DNA of 63,507 bases, counting the filler, from Vannella sp. (lineage: Eukaryota): assembly GCA_023345925.1 (NCBI GenBank). It is 9 parts of 9 records of this genome, joined end to end, with 100 filler letters (N's around TTAATTAATTAA, not from the genome) between each part and the next. Parts side by side here need not be neighbours in the genome. Positions count along the whole stretch, not along the records: positions 9,734 to 16,316 come from JAJQQN010001110.1; positions 16,417 to 21,519 come from JAJQQN010000278.1; positions 21,620 to 26,673 come from JAJQQN010000066.1; 6 more parts are not named here. One strand, 5' to 3'. The notes under the pieces were generated by a model. It saw nothing but the letters and a program-made list of their open reading frames with translations. It ran no database searches and was not told where the DNA came from. How positions within the stretch are numbered: position 1 is the stretch's first letter; every line of letters begins with the position of its first letter. This document shows, piece by piece, positions 13,976 to 25,808 of this stretch. The position numbers and the translations under genes were made by a program.

Positions 13976-15899
13976 GTGAGTTGCTTGGAGTGTGTTGGTC
14001 GGTCTTCAGTGGCGCAGGAAGGACTGTGGATACGAACACTCAAACAAAACTTTGATCATCGTGTACTATTTGCACTTTTTTATACCAAGCTATACTCAAA
14101 AACATTCATTTTGACGAGAAAAGTGATGTTCATCAACGAGCTCCCAAAAATGGATCACTGGAACTTCTAGGATCCGCCAGAGTAAGAGTCTCCGAACATG
14201 TTTTTGATAAGTAGTATTATCTTTCTCAGGATATCCAAAGTTGGGGATTGACCCGGTTGTGTATCCCTCAAAAGACCCGGAATGTGACCATCATCATAGG
14301 CATTTGCACGCACTGTTGCTTTGCTAGTTGAATGCTGCGGCTCTGCAAATTAGACCACATGCCCTAGTTCCTTCAAAAAAGATGTCGGAGTTGGTTGAGT
14401 TTCAGAAACACGGTTTTGGCCATTATCTGCAGCTTGACGATAGATAGTCTTACCCACACGTTAAGTACTTGACTTAGAAGGCATGTCTTCTTTACCAAAT
14501 TTTAATTTGCCATAAGGGGCCTTTCAGAGCACTTCTGGAAAGCATGTCTCGTTCTTCGAAATGAATTATCTTTGGCCACTGTGATCTTCAAATAGGCTAT
14601 TGAATCACCATATATTCTAAAACATTTATAATAAGCATCATAGTAACAGAAATCGAGCTAGCAATCAAATAGCTAAAGAGAGGTTCCAGGAAAAGTGCAA
14701 ATTTCGGCGACGATAGGAAAAGGCAGTAGTCTTGCTCCAGCAACAGATATGTGATACCGCTGAGACTTTCAAATCGTAGGGTTTATATCATATTGATAAA
14801 CATTAATTGGCTTAAGTGACCACAAATTGTCTTGAGCGGCCAAAAAAGTCGGTTAACAAATAGATCAACTTTCGGCTCGCATCATTTGCCATCACTTTGA
14901 TTGCGAGACCCAATTTTCACCAAAACAACTAACAGACTATATATCGATTTAGTCTTAGTTGACATAGCCTTAAGAAGGAAATGCAGTCCAGTGGAGTGCG
15001 TTCTGGAAGATTATACGTGGATCCTCTGTTGCCTTCTTGGACATTTCCAACTGGGAAGCCACTAGTGGTCAACTACTCGCAAACCAAGATTTCTATTACT
15101 TGTTTGAGAGTCTTTCAAGCGAAAACAAACATTCAGAATCCTTTCTAGAGCTGGAAATGAGCACAGAAAAGGATGCAACTCCCCAACAGCATTTTTCCGC
15201 ACAAAATCAATCAGTAGAAAGGAACTTTCAGAATAGATTTATTATCACCTAATACTTCGCCATTATGATACTCGGCTCTTGCAATCAAACTATCTCATCA
15301 GGTAAGTCAAGAAAACGAACTCACCAAAAAGAGCCCGTGTACTTGCTGACAACGATTGTAACGATTCTGAGTCATTAATAAACGATAATTGCATCTTTTT
15401 GAATCATATGGCTAAAGTAAAATCGAAGAAGATGGCTCTTTATACTTCTTTGAGACCGAAAACCCTTTGGGCCCATTGGTTTGTGTTGGTTTTCTCCAGA
15501 CTGAACTGACTCCCACAGCTTTGTAAGGGATAAAATGTCTTTATAGAAGGCGACCTCGGTGAGCCGTTCTGGCATGATCTGATGCAAGCAAACAGTTAGA
15601 ATGACTTACACGCATACCAAGAACATCGATCGAAGACCTACCGAAGCCAAACTCCCGATCGCCCAAGCCCCAACGGTCCCCAAAAAACCCCCAATACGAA
15701 AAAAACCACTTCAACAGTTAATCATCAATTGTGCGATGCGAGGGAAGCTGTTAACAGCCTCCAGACACGACTCCTGCTCTTCCTCGCTAGGGAGAAGAAG
15801 AGAATGAGAAGTAAGTGTAAGTGTATTGCAAGAAGTTAGTGACAAAGGAAAATATCTTCGGAGCTCCAATATGGGTCCCCGAGTATCCTGTTCCGAAAG

Positions 15900-16316
15900 T
15901 TAGAGGATCATCGTCATGATCACCCATCCAACCACCGAGGGCAGCAAAGGGGAGATTGAGCTTTCTCCAATTGGGGCGGAAGCAAGAGCGGGAACAGGAA
16001 CAGGTTGAGGAACAGGAACAGGTTGAGGAACAGGAACAGGTTGGGGAACAGGAACTGGCTGAGGAACAGGAACAGGTTGGGGAACAGGAACAGGAACTGG
16101 TTGGGGAACTGGCACAGGAACTGGTTGGGGAACAGGAACCGGGACTACCACAACCGTGGGGGCTGTAACTCGGGTGGGGGAAGGAACGACTGTTGCAGAT
16201 GCAGAGAGGAACCGGTTGCTATCCTCTCTAAGAGCGACAGAGTACCTTCCGGAAGAGAGTCGGACATCTCCGCAAGCTTTGTCAGTTCCATCGGGACTGG
16301 AAGCAACCAATCCAGC
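15900..16316 (-). CDS. 3' end of a putative GPI-anchored surface protein with a PQPVPV repeat stalk (5'-truncated by contig edge)
   Basis: Frame open from the contig edge through tandem PQPVPV(PV) repeats, ending in small residues plus a hydrophobic tail ([20 protein letters not shown]). Confidence 0.65.
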   Translation of the reverse strand, partial: AGLVASSPDGTDKACGDVRLSSGRYSVALREDSNRFLSASATVVPSPTRVTAPTVVVVPVPVPQPVPVPVPQPVPVPVPQPVPVPQPVPVPQPVPVPQPVPVPQPVPVPALASAPIGESSISPLLPSVVGWVIMTMIL

Positions 16317-16416
16317 NNNNNNNNNNNNNNNNNNNNNNNNNNNNNNNNNNNNNNNNNNNNTTAATTAATTAANNNNNNNNNNNNNNNNNNNNNNNNNNNN
16401 NNNNNNNNNNNNNNNN

Positions 16417-17419
16417 TACGCTCGATTAAGGTCTTCAGAGTGGGGAAAAGGAAGGCTGGAATTTGAGCATAAATCAACGAAAGACACAATGGAGAGACAT
16501 CAACAATAGTAGCAGGAAACTCTTCGAGAGATCGCTTAAGAAAGCCATCTTTGTAGCGAATCCAAAAGGAAGTGGTGTAAAAGTAAACTGTCGGATTATC
16601 GAAATTGTTCAGAGTACTTATCAACTCGAAAAGAGTGCTTTCGCCCTCTGCAACCCTGTGGGGAAAGAAAGGGATCACAACCCCGGCTTCATCGGCTTGA
16701 GCACATTGGACGTGAATTTTTTCAAGCTGTTCCCATACTCTTGACGATTACCCGCTCTTGCGCGCACCCACAACCGATTCTTCACCGTCACTTTTGGTAA
16801 CTGGGGCAATTTCGGTTGTTTCTTCGTTCCCCACCAAGTCAATTTACTTCTTTGGATCTCCCGGAACCATGGTCAACTGGTGAAAGAGATCAGGACCTTG
16901 GTCTTTGTCGGGCAATGTCACCAGTTCTCCATTCTTATCAAAGAGCCTTGTAGGGATGTCATTTCCTGGCAAACGTTGGATACCGGCGAGCACGGATTCG
17001 GATGCACGAAACATATTCGCCCTCATAGTACATGCTCGTACGTCATGTTGGGGATGTCGCAAACTGTTTGAACCGCTCCACAAAGCCGAATGGTTCCTTT
17101 CTCATGATATCGCGGAAGGTGGGTTCAGGTTGAGGAAACGGGCGGAAGCTTTCGCTCGTTTGTCTTCTTCCAATCAAACAAACAGAAAAGCCTCCTTGAA
17201 TGTGTTATGGAGGCCAAGGATTTCTTCAACAAACTCTTTGAAGTCTTCATCGGAAGTGATGTTGTGCTCTTGACGCTTAAACTTTTGTGGGAGGTTCTCT
17301 TCCTTCGCAAGGTTCCGCACAAAGTCAGCGTCAAACCACTCTTGAACAACACATTTCTCCTCAAAGAAACGATCCATCTTCTCATGAAGGGCTTGGACCT
17401 CCGCGTACTCCTGGCTCAT
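16417..17419 (-). pseudogene. Degenerate gene of unknown family
   Basis: ORFs 17174-17419 and 16844-17083 share one frame, interrupted by TGA at 17174 and 17102 and TAA at 16844. Further protein-like sequence continues to the contig edge. Confidence 0.45.
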
Positions 17420-17669
17420 GGCAAAGAAAAATGAGCTCTATATCAAGAAAAAATGCTGTCAAACACAATTCAACTTTTCTTGACTATCTTCGCAAAACTC
17501 TGATCAAACTCTTTTTTTTTTTTTTGTTTGATAACGAAGGAGAGGACCTGTCTGCGGTTGTGGGCCAAGCTATTGTGCTGATGGAGGTGACTATGTGGGA
17601 ATTGTGTTAATTATCCTCTCACAGTGCCAAGCAAACACCTCCAGAAGGAAGGGCGAATGTGACTATCAC

Positions 17670-17741
17670 AAGCAGATCAAGCTCTACTTCCACGTTCCCT
17701 TCTGTGAGCCCAAGTGCTCCTACTGTAACTTTGCAGACTGA
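17670..17741 (+). pseudogene. Fragment of a HemN/HemW-like radical SAM N-terminus
   Basis: Translates as KQIKLYFHVPFCEPKCSYCNFAD*, matching the LYxHxPFCxxxCxYCxF motif. The stop follows immediately. Confidence 0.65.
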
Positions 17742-19030
17742 TGAGGAAGGGAGTTGCTGCTGCTGGGATGGAGGTGGCAGGTTGGGGGCTTCCTGTGGTG
17801 AGTTTGTTCTGCATTTGGGGATGCCATAGGCTCGCTGGATGCGTGTATAGTGAGCTGGTGGGGGAGATGCTGGCAGGAGCTCTGTTGGGGCCGGCTCTGT
17901 TGGACTGGGTGCCCTTCCCCGATGCGTTTGCATGGCTTGGACAGTGCGCTCTCCTGCTGCTGGTCGTGGAGGCTGGTCTGCACTTTGAAATAGAGACTAT
18001 CACTCATCTAGGATGGCGAGTGGTATCAGCAGCAACGCTGGGAGTGATCCTTCCCCTCATACTGTGTCCCCCCATCTTGTGGATAGCAGGAACACCCTTT
18101 CTGGAAGCTGTGGCGGCCTCAGCATGTCTTTCAAGCACATCTATTGGGTTCTCAGTCACTCTCTTACGAAAGAACAACCTGTTAGCCTCGTCTCTTGGAC
18201 AGATGATCAGTGGGGCTGCCATGTTGGACGACGTTGAGTCCTTGATCCTCCTTGGGTTGCTCTCTTCATGGCAGGGAAGTGAAGGCATACTATCCACCTT
18301 CTTCTATCTCTCTTTACCGATCCTCTCCTCCACCGCGATCTTGTTGATCGGAGTACTTTTGTCTCTAGCTCTGCCAGAAGTGTCCCTGTGGGCTCTTGAA
18401 GTGGAGTTTGATCTTCGCTCTCGACATTCTCGATACTCAGGTAGCTCAATGTCTTCAGAGAGCTCCCAAACAGCGCCACCAACGGAGAGAAGGGCCATTC
18501 CCTGTGAGGTGCTGTTGCCTCTTATACTTCTGGGGACATCTGGACTCGTCCTTCTCGCTGTTCACACACGCACAACGTTCTTACTGGGTGCCTTTGCTGC
18601 AGGGTTGTCCTTTTCAAAGGTCCCAGAGGCTCAGGAAGCCTTCCAACAGCTCTCCCCATTCATCAGTTTGGGCCTTTCGGTCTTCTTTGTCTCCATTGGC
18701 TTCCTCATTCCCTTGCGCATCATGTTCTCTTGGGACATCATGTTCCTTGGCATCCTTTTGGCTGTTCCTGGAGCTCTAAGTAAGCTCGCACTCGGTGTAT
18801 TCGAACGAGGCAGACTGCGACAGGCTATTCTTGGCTGCGCCATGGTTGGGCGAGGTGAAGTTGGTTTCATGATGGCCAGTAGTGCTCTTCTGAGTGGTAC
18901 AATCAGCCAGCACACCTTCCTACTGACCAGCTGGGCACTGGTCCTCTGCACTGCCCTTCCTCCCCTTCCCTTCTCCCGCTTGGTGTTGCGGCTCCCTTCT
19001 AGCGAGGACCGCGACTCTCTGCCAACCTAA
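17741..19030 (+). CDS. Cation/H+ antiporter, CPA2 (NapA/Kef-like)
   Basis: Multi-pass membrane ORF with VGEMLAGALLGP, LSSTSIG, GAAMLDDV, LGAFAAG and MVGRGEVG. The true start may be Met 17768. Confidence 0.9.
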   Translation: MRKGVAAAGMEVAGWGLPVVSLFCIWGCHRLAGCVYSELVGEMLAGALLGPALLDWVPFPDAFAWLGQCALLLLVVEAGLHFEIETITHLGWRVVSAATLGVILPLILCPPILWIAGTPFLEAVAASACLSSTSIGFSVTLLRKNNLLASSLGQMISGAAMLDDVESLILLGLLSSWQGSEGILSTFFYLSLPILSSTAILLIGVLLSLALPEVSLWALEVEFDLRSRHSRYSGSSMSSESSQTAPPTERRAIPCEVLLPLILLGTSGLVLLAVHTRTTFLLGAFAAGLSFSKVPEAQEAFQQLSPFISLGLSVFFVSIGFLIPLRIMFSWDIMFLGILLAVPGALSKLALGVFERGRLRQAILGCAMVGRGEVGFMMASSALLSGTISQHTFLLTSWALVLCTALPPLPFSRLVLRLPSSEDRDSLPT

Positions 19031-19102
19031 AGAATCTTCTATGAAGCAAGCAGGTGCGGGGGTCGCTCACGGATCATTCTTTCCTCGCCAAGCGACGCAG
19101 CC

Positions 19103-19703
19103 ATGGGTGTAAAGACCTTTACGAAAGAGGTGGGCCTTTGGAGGGTTGGGCGGGGCAGGTGTACTGATGAAGAGAACCTAGGCTACCTCCGCAAAGAGTA
19201 GTACTGATCCTCCGCAGACCGTTCTGGCGCAGTTGGCTGTGGCGACTAAGAACTTGTTCGTTTCTCGACTTATCGCGCGCTCTAGCTGACCTGTGGGGCT
19301 GTGGGTGTTAGCATTCAATTTCAAGATGTCATGACTACTCTTTGGAGCCGTATCAACTCTCCAGGTGAGCAAATCATCCTTTTTCCCAACCTAGGCTGAA
19401 GTTGGAGACAGGAAAGGAGTACATCCACATCCAGAAGGCCCTCTACGTCCTTCACTACCTTCTTATCAACGGTTCAGAACAAGTGTTGACAGAATCCCGC
19501 GTCCACGCCCCAGAAATCAGCACACTCTGCGACTTCTACTTGCCCCAAGCCCTCCCTGACAACGGTTCCATCGGTAAGCCTGCACCAGCAGTGACACAAC
19601 GTGAGACTCACTGAACCTAGTTCGTGAACGAGCCCATCAGGTCATGAAGCTCATTAACGATGAGGAAGCTCTCAAACAAGCCCGAGCTGCGGCAAAGAAG
19701 TGA
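19103..19703 (+). CDS. Stand-alone ENTH (epsin N-terminal homology) domain protein, 5 exons
   Basis: Spliced product reads ...EATS...LAQLAVAT...DVMTTLWSRINSPGKEYIHIQKALYVLHYLLINGSE...VRERAHQVMKLINDEEALKQARAAAKK*. Confidence 0.8.
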
Positions 19704-19791
19704 ACACGCGAGCCAGCTTGCGAGGAGCACCAACGAAGGTGGCTTTCTGAGGTTTATGAAGTTCCTTCCCCTTGGCAGACGAACGGGCGGG

Positions 19792-21519
19792 CTATTGGGC
19801 TTGAAGGCGGACAACGATAACGGAGATGTTGTCGTCGCTGGCCAGAAGGTAGGCGTAGTCGCGGAGGGTGCAACTGGCGATGAAAGGATCCTTGATGTCG
19901 CGGATGAGCTCCACAGCAACATCGTCAGCGATCTCGTCCCAAACTCCGTCGCAGGCGATGACGAGGAACTCGTCTTCTGGTGTGAGCTCGTACTTGGCAC
20001 TGAATGGCTCGTCCACAACAAAGGGCTGCATGTAGAAGTCTCCAATAGAGCGTGACACTGCCAAGAGACCGTTGACACGGCCAGTCTCACCAATAACGGA
20101 GCCGCCGAAGGAGCGAATCCGGTCCTGTTCGGAGTCCTCGTAAGGCTTGTGATCGTAGGATAAGCGCAGGGGCTGGCCACCGCGACAAAGCACGGCACGA
20201 GAGTCCCCCACGTTGACAACGAAGACCTCCTTTTCTCGAATGTACACGGACACCGCCGTTGTCCCACAGTACTTGGACTGGCCAGTGAAGCGGTCTGAGT
20301 AGAGATACTCCTTGAACTCATTGTTCACTTCGGGATAGGAAGCCACTAAACTAGCGAGCGGATCTTCTCCTTGCGCGATGTGGGAAAGCATCTTTCCGTG
20401 AACCTCTTCGCCACACCACGAAGCTGCTTCACGCCCCGCATGGCCATCATAGAGACCGTAGAAGTCGCACGTCTCATCGCCGTTGAGAGTACCTTGCAAT
20501 GCCATGGCATCCTCCATGGTAGGGCGCTTGCCGATCATATCCGCAATGCCGACGACTGGGAATCGCTTGCTGGGATGCAAGTGGATCGCTTCCTTCTTGA
20601 TGTGGCCTTCACATTGGTCACTTGCAGGGTTTCCATCGAAGAGAAGTTCAACACTGCGCTCCAGCAGCTCCTCAAATGCTTCCACAGGAACCTCTGTGAA
20701 GCGATTGTAGCTCAGATCGACATTCTGAAGGTCGTAGCATCGAGTGAGAGAAGGCAATGCGCTTATTTGGTTGTTAGTCACGTTCATGCGGCGTAAGATC
20801 TGAAGATCTGACACCTCTTCGGGGATGGATTCGATCCGGTTAAAGCCAACATCAATCACTTCCAAGTCCCGCAATTCAGAGATGCGTGGGGAGATCTCTG
20901 TCAGTTGTAGATTGGAGGCATAGATCTTACTGACTCTAGAAAGACTCCACAAAGATTCAGGGAGTCGAGAGACAGCCGGGTTTCCAGTTACAAAGTACTC
21001 CGAAAGTGACTCACATTGTTCCATCTCTGGAAGTTCTGTGAGTTGATTATAAGCCAGATAAAGGCGCTGAAGAGAAACCAAGTTCCCAATGGAAGAGGGA
21101 ACACTGGGGAGTTGATTAAAAGCGACATTCAGCTCTTCCAGCATCTGCAAGTCTCCTATCTCCGAAGGAATTGCGCTCAACTTATTGCTAGCCATATTGA
21201 GTGTCACCAGATTGACCAAATGAGCAACCTCCGCAGGGAGCAGAGCAATCTGATTGGCCATAAGATTCACTGTCGTCAGAGTATCAATCTCCCAGAGCTC
21301 GATTGGGACTGCTGTCAGCTTATTGTGTTGTGCTAGCAACTCTACTAATCCAAACTGCTCCTCCACGAACAGAGCAGAAGGCAGGGACTCGATCAGATTG
21401 CGCTTGATGATGAGTCTCTCCAAAGTGGCCACCTTGCCGATGGAAGGAGGGATTGTCCGGAGCTGGTTCTCAGATACATCGAGGATACGAAGGTCCTTCA
21501 TCCCTTCGAAGACATCTGG
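19792..21519 (-). CDS. Leucine-rich repeat + PP2C phosphatase (PHLPP-like architecture), 5'-truncated
   Basis: More than 10 LRRs followed by PP2C motifs RPTMED, YDGHAG, NVGDSRAV, LAVSRSIGD, ACDGVWD and DNISV. Confidence 0.93.
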   Translation of the reverse strand, partial: PDVFEGMKDLRILDVSENQLRTIPPSIGKVATLERLIIKRNLIESLPSALFVEEQFGLVELLAQHNKLTAVPIELWEIDTLTTVNLMANQIALLPAEVAHLVNLVTLNMASNKLSAIPSEIGDLQMLEELNVAFNQLPSVPSSIGNLVSLQRLYLAYNQLTELPEMEQCESLSEYFVTGNPAVSRLPESLWSLSRVSKIYASNLQLTEISPRISELRDLEVIDVGFNRIESIPEEVSDLQILRRMNVTNNQISALPSLTRCYDLQNVDLSYNRFTEVPVEAFEELLERSVELLFDGNPASDQCEGHIKKEAIHLHPSKRFPVVGIADMIGKRPTMEDAMALQGTLNGDETCDFYGLYDGHAGREAASWCGEEVHGKMLSHIAQGEDPLASLVASYPEVNNEFKEYLYSDRFTGQSKYCGTTAVSVYIREKEVFVVNVGDSRAVLCRGGQPLRLSYDHKPYEDSEQDRIRSFGGSVIGETGRVNGLLAVSRSIGDFYMQPFVVDEPFSAKYELTPEDEFLVIACDGVWDEIADDVAVELIRDIKDPFIASCTLRDYAYLLASDDNISVIVVRLQAQ

Positions 21520-21696
21520 NNNNNNNNNNNNNNNNNNNNNNNNNNNNNNNNNNNNNNNNNNNNTTAATTAATTAANNNNNNNNNNNNNNNNNNNNNNNNN
21601 NNNNNNNNNNNNNNNNNNNGCGTCTTCTGTGCAGGGTGAAAAAGGATACATAATGGCTCGACCCCAAAAAAGTGTGAAAAATCGGGGGTTTTGTCC

Positions 21697-22773
21697 ATGA
21701 TGAGTCATTCATTCATTGGAATGCCACTGGGAGAGCACACGCTCCTCCTCTCCCTCGAAGGAGGACTTTTGGCTTTTGGATACAATATCCAGAACCAACT
21801 CGGGCTTGCTCAGAGGGGAATCCAATGTCAACCAGCGGAGGTTCCCTGGAATGGCCCGCAGCCGGTTCAGGTGGACTGGGGATGTTACCACTCCCTCGTT
21901 CTTGATGCGGAGGGCGGTGTGTGGGAGGCTGGCTGTCGAATCGTAACTGACGTCTTTCAGCGAGTGCCAGAGCTACCCTGTATCGCTTCGGTGGCTGCTG
22001 GCATGTGTCACAGTGCTGCCATCGACACCGAAGGCAGCCTTTGGGTGTGGGGGAGCTTGGCCGATCTCTCTAGATCTTGGGCAAACTGTATTCCTCAACG
22101 AGTGGAAGGTCTTCGTCCACTCATCAAAGTGGCTTGCGGCTTCAACTTTCTCGTGGCAGAGGCCGAAGAAGGCCTCTGGGTATTGGGTAACAACTCCAAA
22201 GGGCAACTGGGCCTCGGCCATACCAACAGTACTCTCCAACCGACCCTTCTCCAGGTGAAAGGACGTTCTGAAGGACCTCTCCGATGCCTGGCTGCCCTCA
22301 GAGAAGCAGTAATTCTCATCGACTCACAAGGAGGCGTCTTCTCCTCAGGAGACAACTCCCATGGCCAACTGGGGCGCTCTTCTGGGGATGTTTCAAAGAT
22401 GAAGCGAATCAAGGACATCCCTCCCATGCTGACGGCCTCCTGCGGATGCTATCACACTCTCTGTCTGGATGAGAATGGCAGCGCCTGGTCCTGGGGAAGG
22501 GGTGACTTTGGACAATTGGGGACGGGTAACACTTCTGATCAGCACCAACCCACTCCAGCCTCTTCGTTGAAAGGAATGAGCGCCCTAGTCGCAGGATCGA
22601 CCCATTCATTGGCGTTCCCACAGGAAGGCGGCCTTCTGGTCTTCGGATCCAACAGCTTTAGAGAACTCGGACTCAACCACACGACCCACCAACTCACTCC
22701 CACCCATTGTCCAGTCCAGCCCGCTCTCCCTCATTCAATCACCAGCAGAAACAAGAGTGCCCGCTTCCTTTGA
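21697..22773 (+). CDS. RCC1/BLIP-II repeat beta-propeller protein
   Basis: Intronless, with repeated GxNxxGQLG and (A/C)GxxH(S/T)L motifs; ends KSARFL. Confidence 0.92.
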   Translation: MMSHSFIGMPLGEHTLLLSLEGGLLAFGYNIQNQLGLAQRGIQCQPAEVPWNGPQPVQVDWGCYHSLVLDAEGGVWEAGCRIVTDVFQRVPELPCIASVAAGMCHSAAIDTEGSLWVWGSLADLSRSWANCIPQRVEGLRPLIKVACGFNFLVAEAEEGLWVLGNNSKGQLGLGHTNSTLQPTLLQVKGRSEGPLRCLAALREAVILIDSQGGVFSSGDNSHGQLGRSSGDVSKMKRIKDIPPMLTASCGCYHTLCLDENGSAWSWGRGDFGQLGTGNTSDQHQPTPASSLKGMSALVAGSTHSLAFPQEGGLLVFGSNSFRELGLNHTTHQLTPTHCPVQPALPHSITSRNKSARFL

Positions 22774-22917
22774 CCCACATTCACCCAAAGCCCAAAGGAC
22801 GAGCCAAAAGATCATTAAATAACATTAAATAATTAAAATGGGCGAAACGGAGCCGTTTAAAGCGAAAGGTGACAATCGGAGCGGCCGGACAGGTTTCATT
22901 CTTTTGGGCTACTGTGG

Positions 22918-25808
22918 ATGGCGGCTCCTTCGCCACCGCTGTATGAGATTGCAGCACGTGGTTCTCTTGTTCTTGTGAAGAGAGCCCTCGCAGCAGGGCA
23001 GCCTATTGACCAACCAGGTGGGAAAACAAAAGAAGAAGCTTAGGGTGCCTTTCAGCGACTTACCTTGAGCTCCTTTAGATGAGAACGGGGACACTGCGCT
23101 CTGTGTAGCTTCTGCAAAGGGACACTACTCCATCGTCGAGCATCTGTTCCAAAACGGGGCGGATCCGACAGTTCGCGGTGAAGAAGGACGCACTCCCCTC
23201 CACCATGCTGTGTATCACGGCAAACAAGCTATCCTAGCCATTTTCCTACCCAATGCGGAGGTAGCTCAGCCCTACATTGACATCCCTGACGAACATGGGT
23301 GAGTTGGCGGTTGCTGTTGGCGAAGAAGAGGACTCATTCAGCCCTCCTTTAGAGATAGTCCACTTCATACAGCTATTATGAACTGCCAGAACTTCTTCAT
23401 TGAGCAGCTCCTTCGCTGTGGAGCTCAGGTTTCCTTTGAAAACAAGTTTGGCAAGAGCGCCTTCCTGAGCGGAGATTCAGAGCAGCAAGCGTTCATTAAC
23501 AAGATATGCAACCAAGGTACCTTCATTCCTGCCCCACTCCATCAACAAGAACCTTACAGGAGCCTTAGAGAAGTCACGGTTGATGAGAGGGACGAGCGGG
23601 CACGTTAGCACCACTGAACAGACAAAAAGCGTCTATGACGCGATCAGAGAAGACAACTTGGAGCTAGCCCACGTTATGATTGACGCACCAAACAAGGAGG
23701 ACGCTGCTGGGCACACTTTGCTCTTTCACGCAATCCAGAGCGAGAGCCTGGAGATCGTCCAGATGCTTCTGAAGAAGCGAGCTGATCCTGAGCTTGGATG
23801 TACGCAAGAAGGAAGCCGTTTGGCAGGTCTACACTACGCCAGTTTGGGGCATTCCCCCGCCATTGTAACGGCTCTTCTCGAAGCGTTAGTCTGCCGCTCC
23901 TGTTTGTCCCAAAACCTACTCACTACCAGGTCTCTAGTAAAGCAAATCCGAACTCATTGGACTGGAGGGGAAGAACTCCTCTCCATCACGCAGCAGAATG
24001 GCGAAAGCCAGCCAACATTGCCATTCTTCTCGCAAGGAAAGCCAACCCTGCTCTTGGTACGATCTGTTGACGTCATAGTAAGACAAGTAGTGTTTCTAAC
24101 TGCTCAATAGCTGACAAGAACGGCCAAACTCCCTTGCATGTCGCAGCGGCAGGCGGGAGACTCCCCTCGATTAAAGCTCTATTTGAGAGCAGCTCTACCA
24201 ACGTAGAGCAGCAAGATAACGAGGGAAACACTGCTCTTCATCTTGCCACCCTTTGGAACTGGGACAAAGTCATCCAGCACCTTGTATCCGAAGCAAAAGC
24301 GTCTCTGGTTGTCACAAATAAGCAGGGAAACCAACCCATGCATGTAGCTACGATCTGGAACAAGCAGAGAGCCTTTAAGATGCTTCTAGAATTGAAAGCA
24401 GATCCAGAAGCTATGAATAACGATGGCTATTCCGTTTCCCACCTCGCCAAGAAGCACCAACGGACCGATATATCGAAGATTCTAGAAGATGCTGGCCTTG
24501 GCACTCCAACCATTAGAACCACTAAGAGGAGGTCTTCAACAGCGCGCTCTTCCATGCGATTGAAAAAAGATTTGACCTCGGCCGCATTGAAGGGCGACAT
24601 TGATGCGATGATGAGCCTCATTCAGAAAGCTGACATGATCGAGCCAACCCTCGTCGAATCGATTCTATTCATTGCTGCTCGTCAAGGCAAGGCAGAGATT
24701 ATGGAGCAGCTCCTTGATGACGACAGGATTGAAATTGAATTGTCCAAACTGAGGGATGAGAATGGTGCAAGCCTCCTCCATGCAGCAGTGGTGGGTCGGA
24801 ATCAGGACATTATTGAAGAGTTTATCTCGGAGGATGTTCCTTTGAACCACAAGGACAAGAGTGGCAACACTCCGCTTCACTTGGCCATTGCGAATCGCTC
24901 AATGCCTCTTTCTGTGATCCGTTCACTGGCAGGGAATGGTGCTGACTTGTCTATTGCAAACAAGGACGGGAACACGCCTCTGCATCTTCTATTTATCCAT
25001 CCCTGCAAAGAAACTGATATGGTGGAGCGACTAGATTCTCTCACTGGTCACATGACAAAGGAGCAGCTCAATTTAAAGAATGCTGAGGGAGCCACAGCAC
25101 TTTTAAGTGCCTCCTCTCAGTTCGAAATTGTATTCCCTGCTGCCAGAGCTCTGTTGGAGTGCGGAGCCGACCCTTGCATTCCAGATAATGATGGAATGAC
25201 TCCGCTCAAATGGGCTTTGAAGCGGAATCACAAGCTCCTAAGCAAAGCCCTTGTCTTGAATGGTGCTCCGGTGGAAGAAGAGCTGCTGCGAGGCTTGGAT
25301 AGCCGTCTTGCTGAAGAACTTCTTGACGCTATTGAAGGTGAGCCACTCGCAAATGATGGCCCAAGAGCGATTCTGACTGTTCACAGAGAAGAAGAACTTG
25401 GACCAACAAGCAGGAGGAGAAACGGAAGAGAATAGTTCCCAATTGTTTGCTGAGCTCTTTGAAGAAGGTAATGTTGAGCGAGTGAGAGAATGGTTGAAGA
25501 ATGGAGGTGATATTGGTCTCAAAGACGACGATCAAAGCACTCCTCTGCACTTGGCATCTCTTCATGGACACTTGGAAGTTGTCCAGCTTCTTCTTGGCGC
25601 TGGCAGTGATCCTAATCTTACAGACGATAACATGCAAACTCCATTGCACTGCGCAGCCATGAAAGGGCACACCAATGTTTTGAAAGCTCTGGTGGCCAAG
25701 GAAGGGAATCCCAATGTGTACGATCTTGAAGACCAAACTCCTCTCGACTGGGCACTGCTCCTTTCCCACCAAGAAGCCGCCGATTTCCTAACTCCTCTCA
25801 CTTCATAG
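22918..25808 (+). CDS. Large multi-ankyrin-repeat protein (about 7 exons)
   Basis: Many GxTPLH/TALH ankyrin repeats across the ORFs at 23378, 23580, 24134 and 25398, joined by short GT-AG introns (first at 23018-23078). Confidence 0.88.

Noticed and set aside
14170..15000. AT-richer gap as a possible transposon or viral insert
   Set aside because: No terminal repeats, transposase, RT or viral hallmark motifs could be recognised.
15956..16316. EQEQ- and RNRN-rich ORFs on the + strand
   Set aside because: Alternative frames of the minus-strand PQPVPV repeat, which alone ends in a sensible GPI-type terminus.
16844..17419. Possible TGA stop-codon reassignment
   Set aside because: TGA terminates conserved genes here (RalGAPB, MsrA, Ral, BRF1), long conserved ORFs have no internal TGA, and the same frame also contains TAA.
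17739..17743. TGATG and ATGA (31408-31411) overlaps as evidence of bacterial operons or contamination
   Set aside because: Neighbouring genes on the same contigs have spliceosomal introns, and downstream Met codons are plausible true starts.
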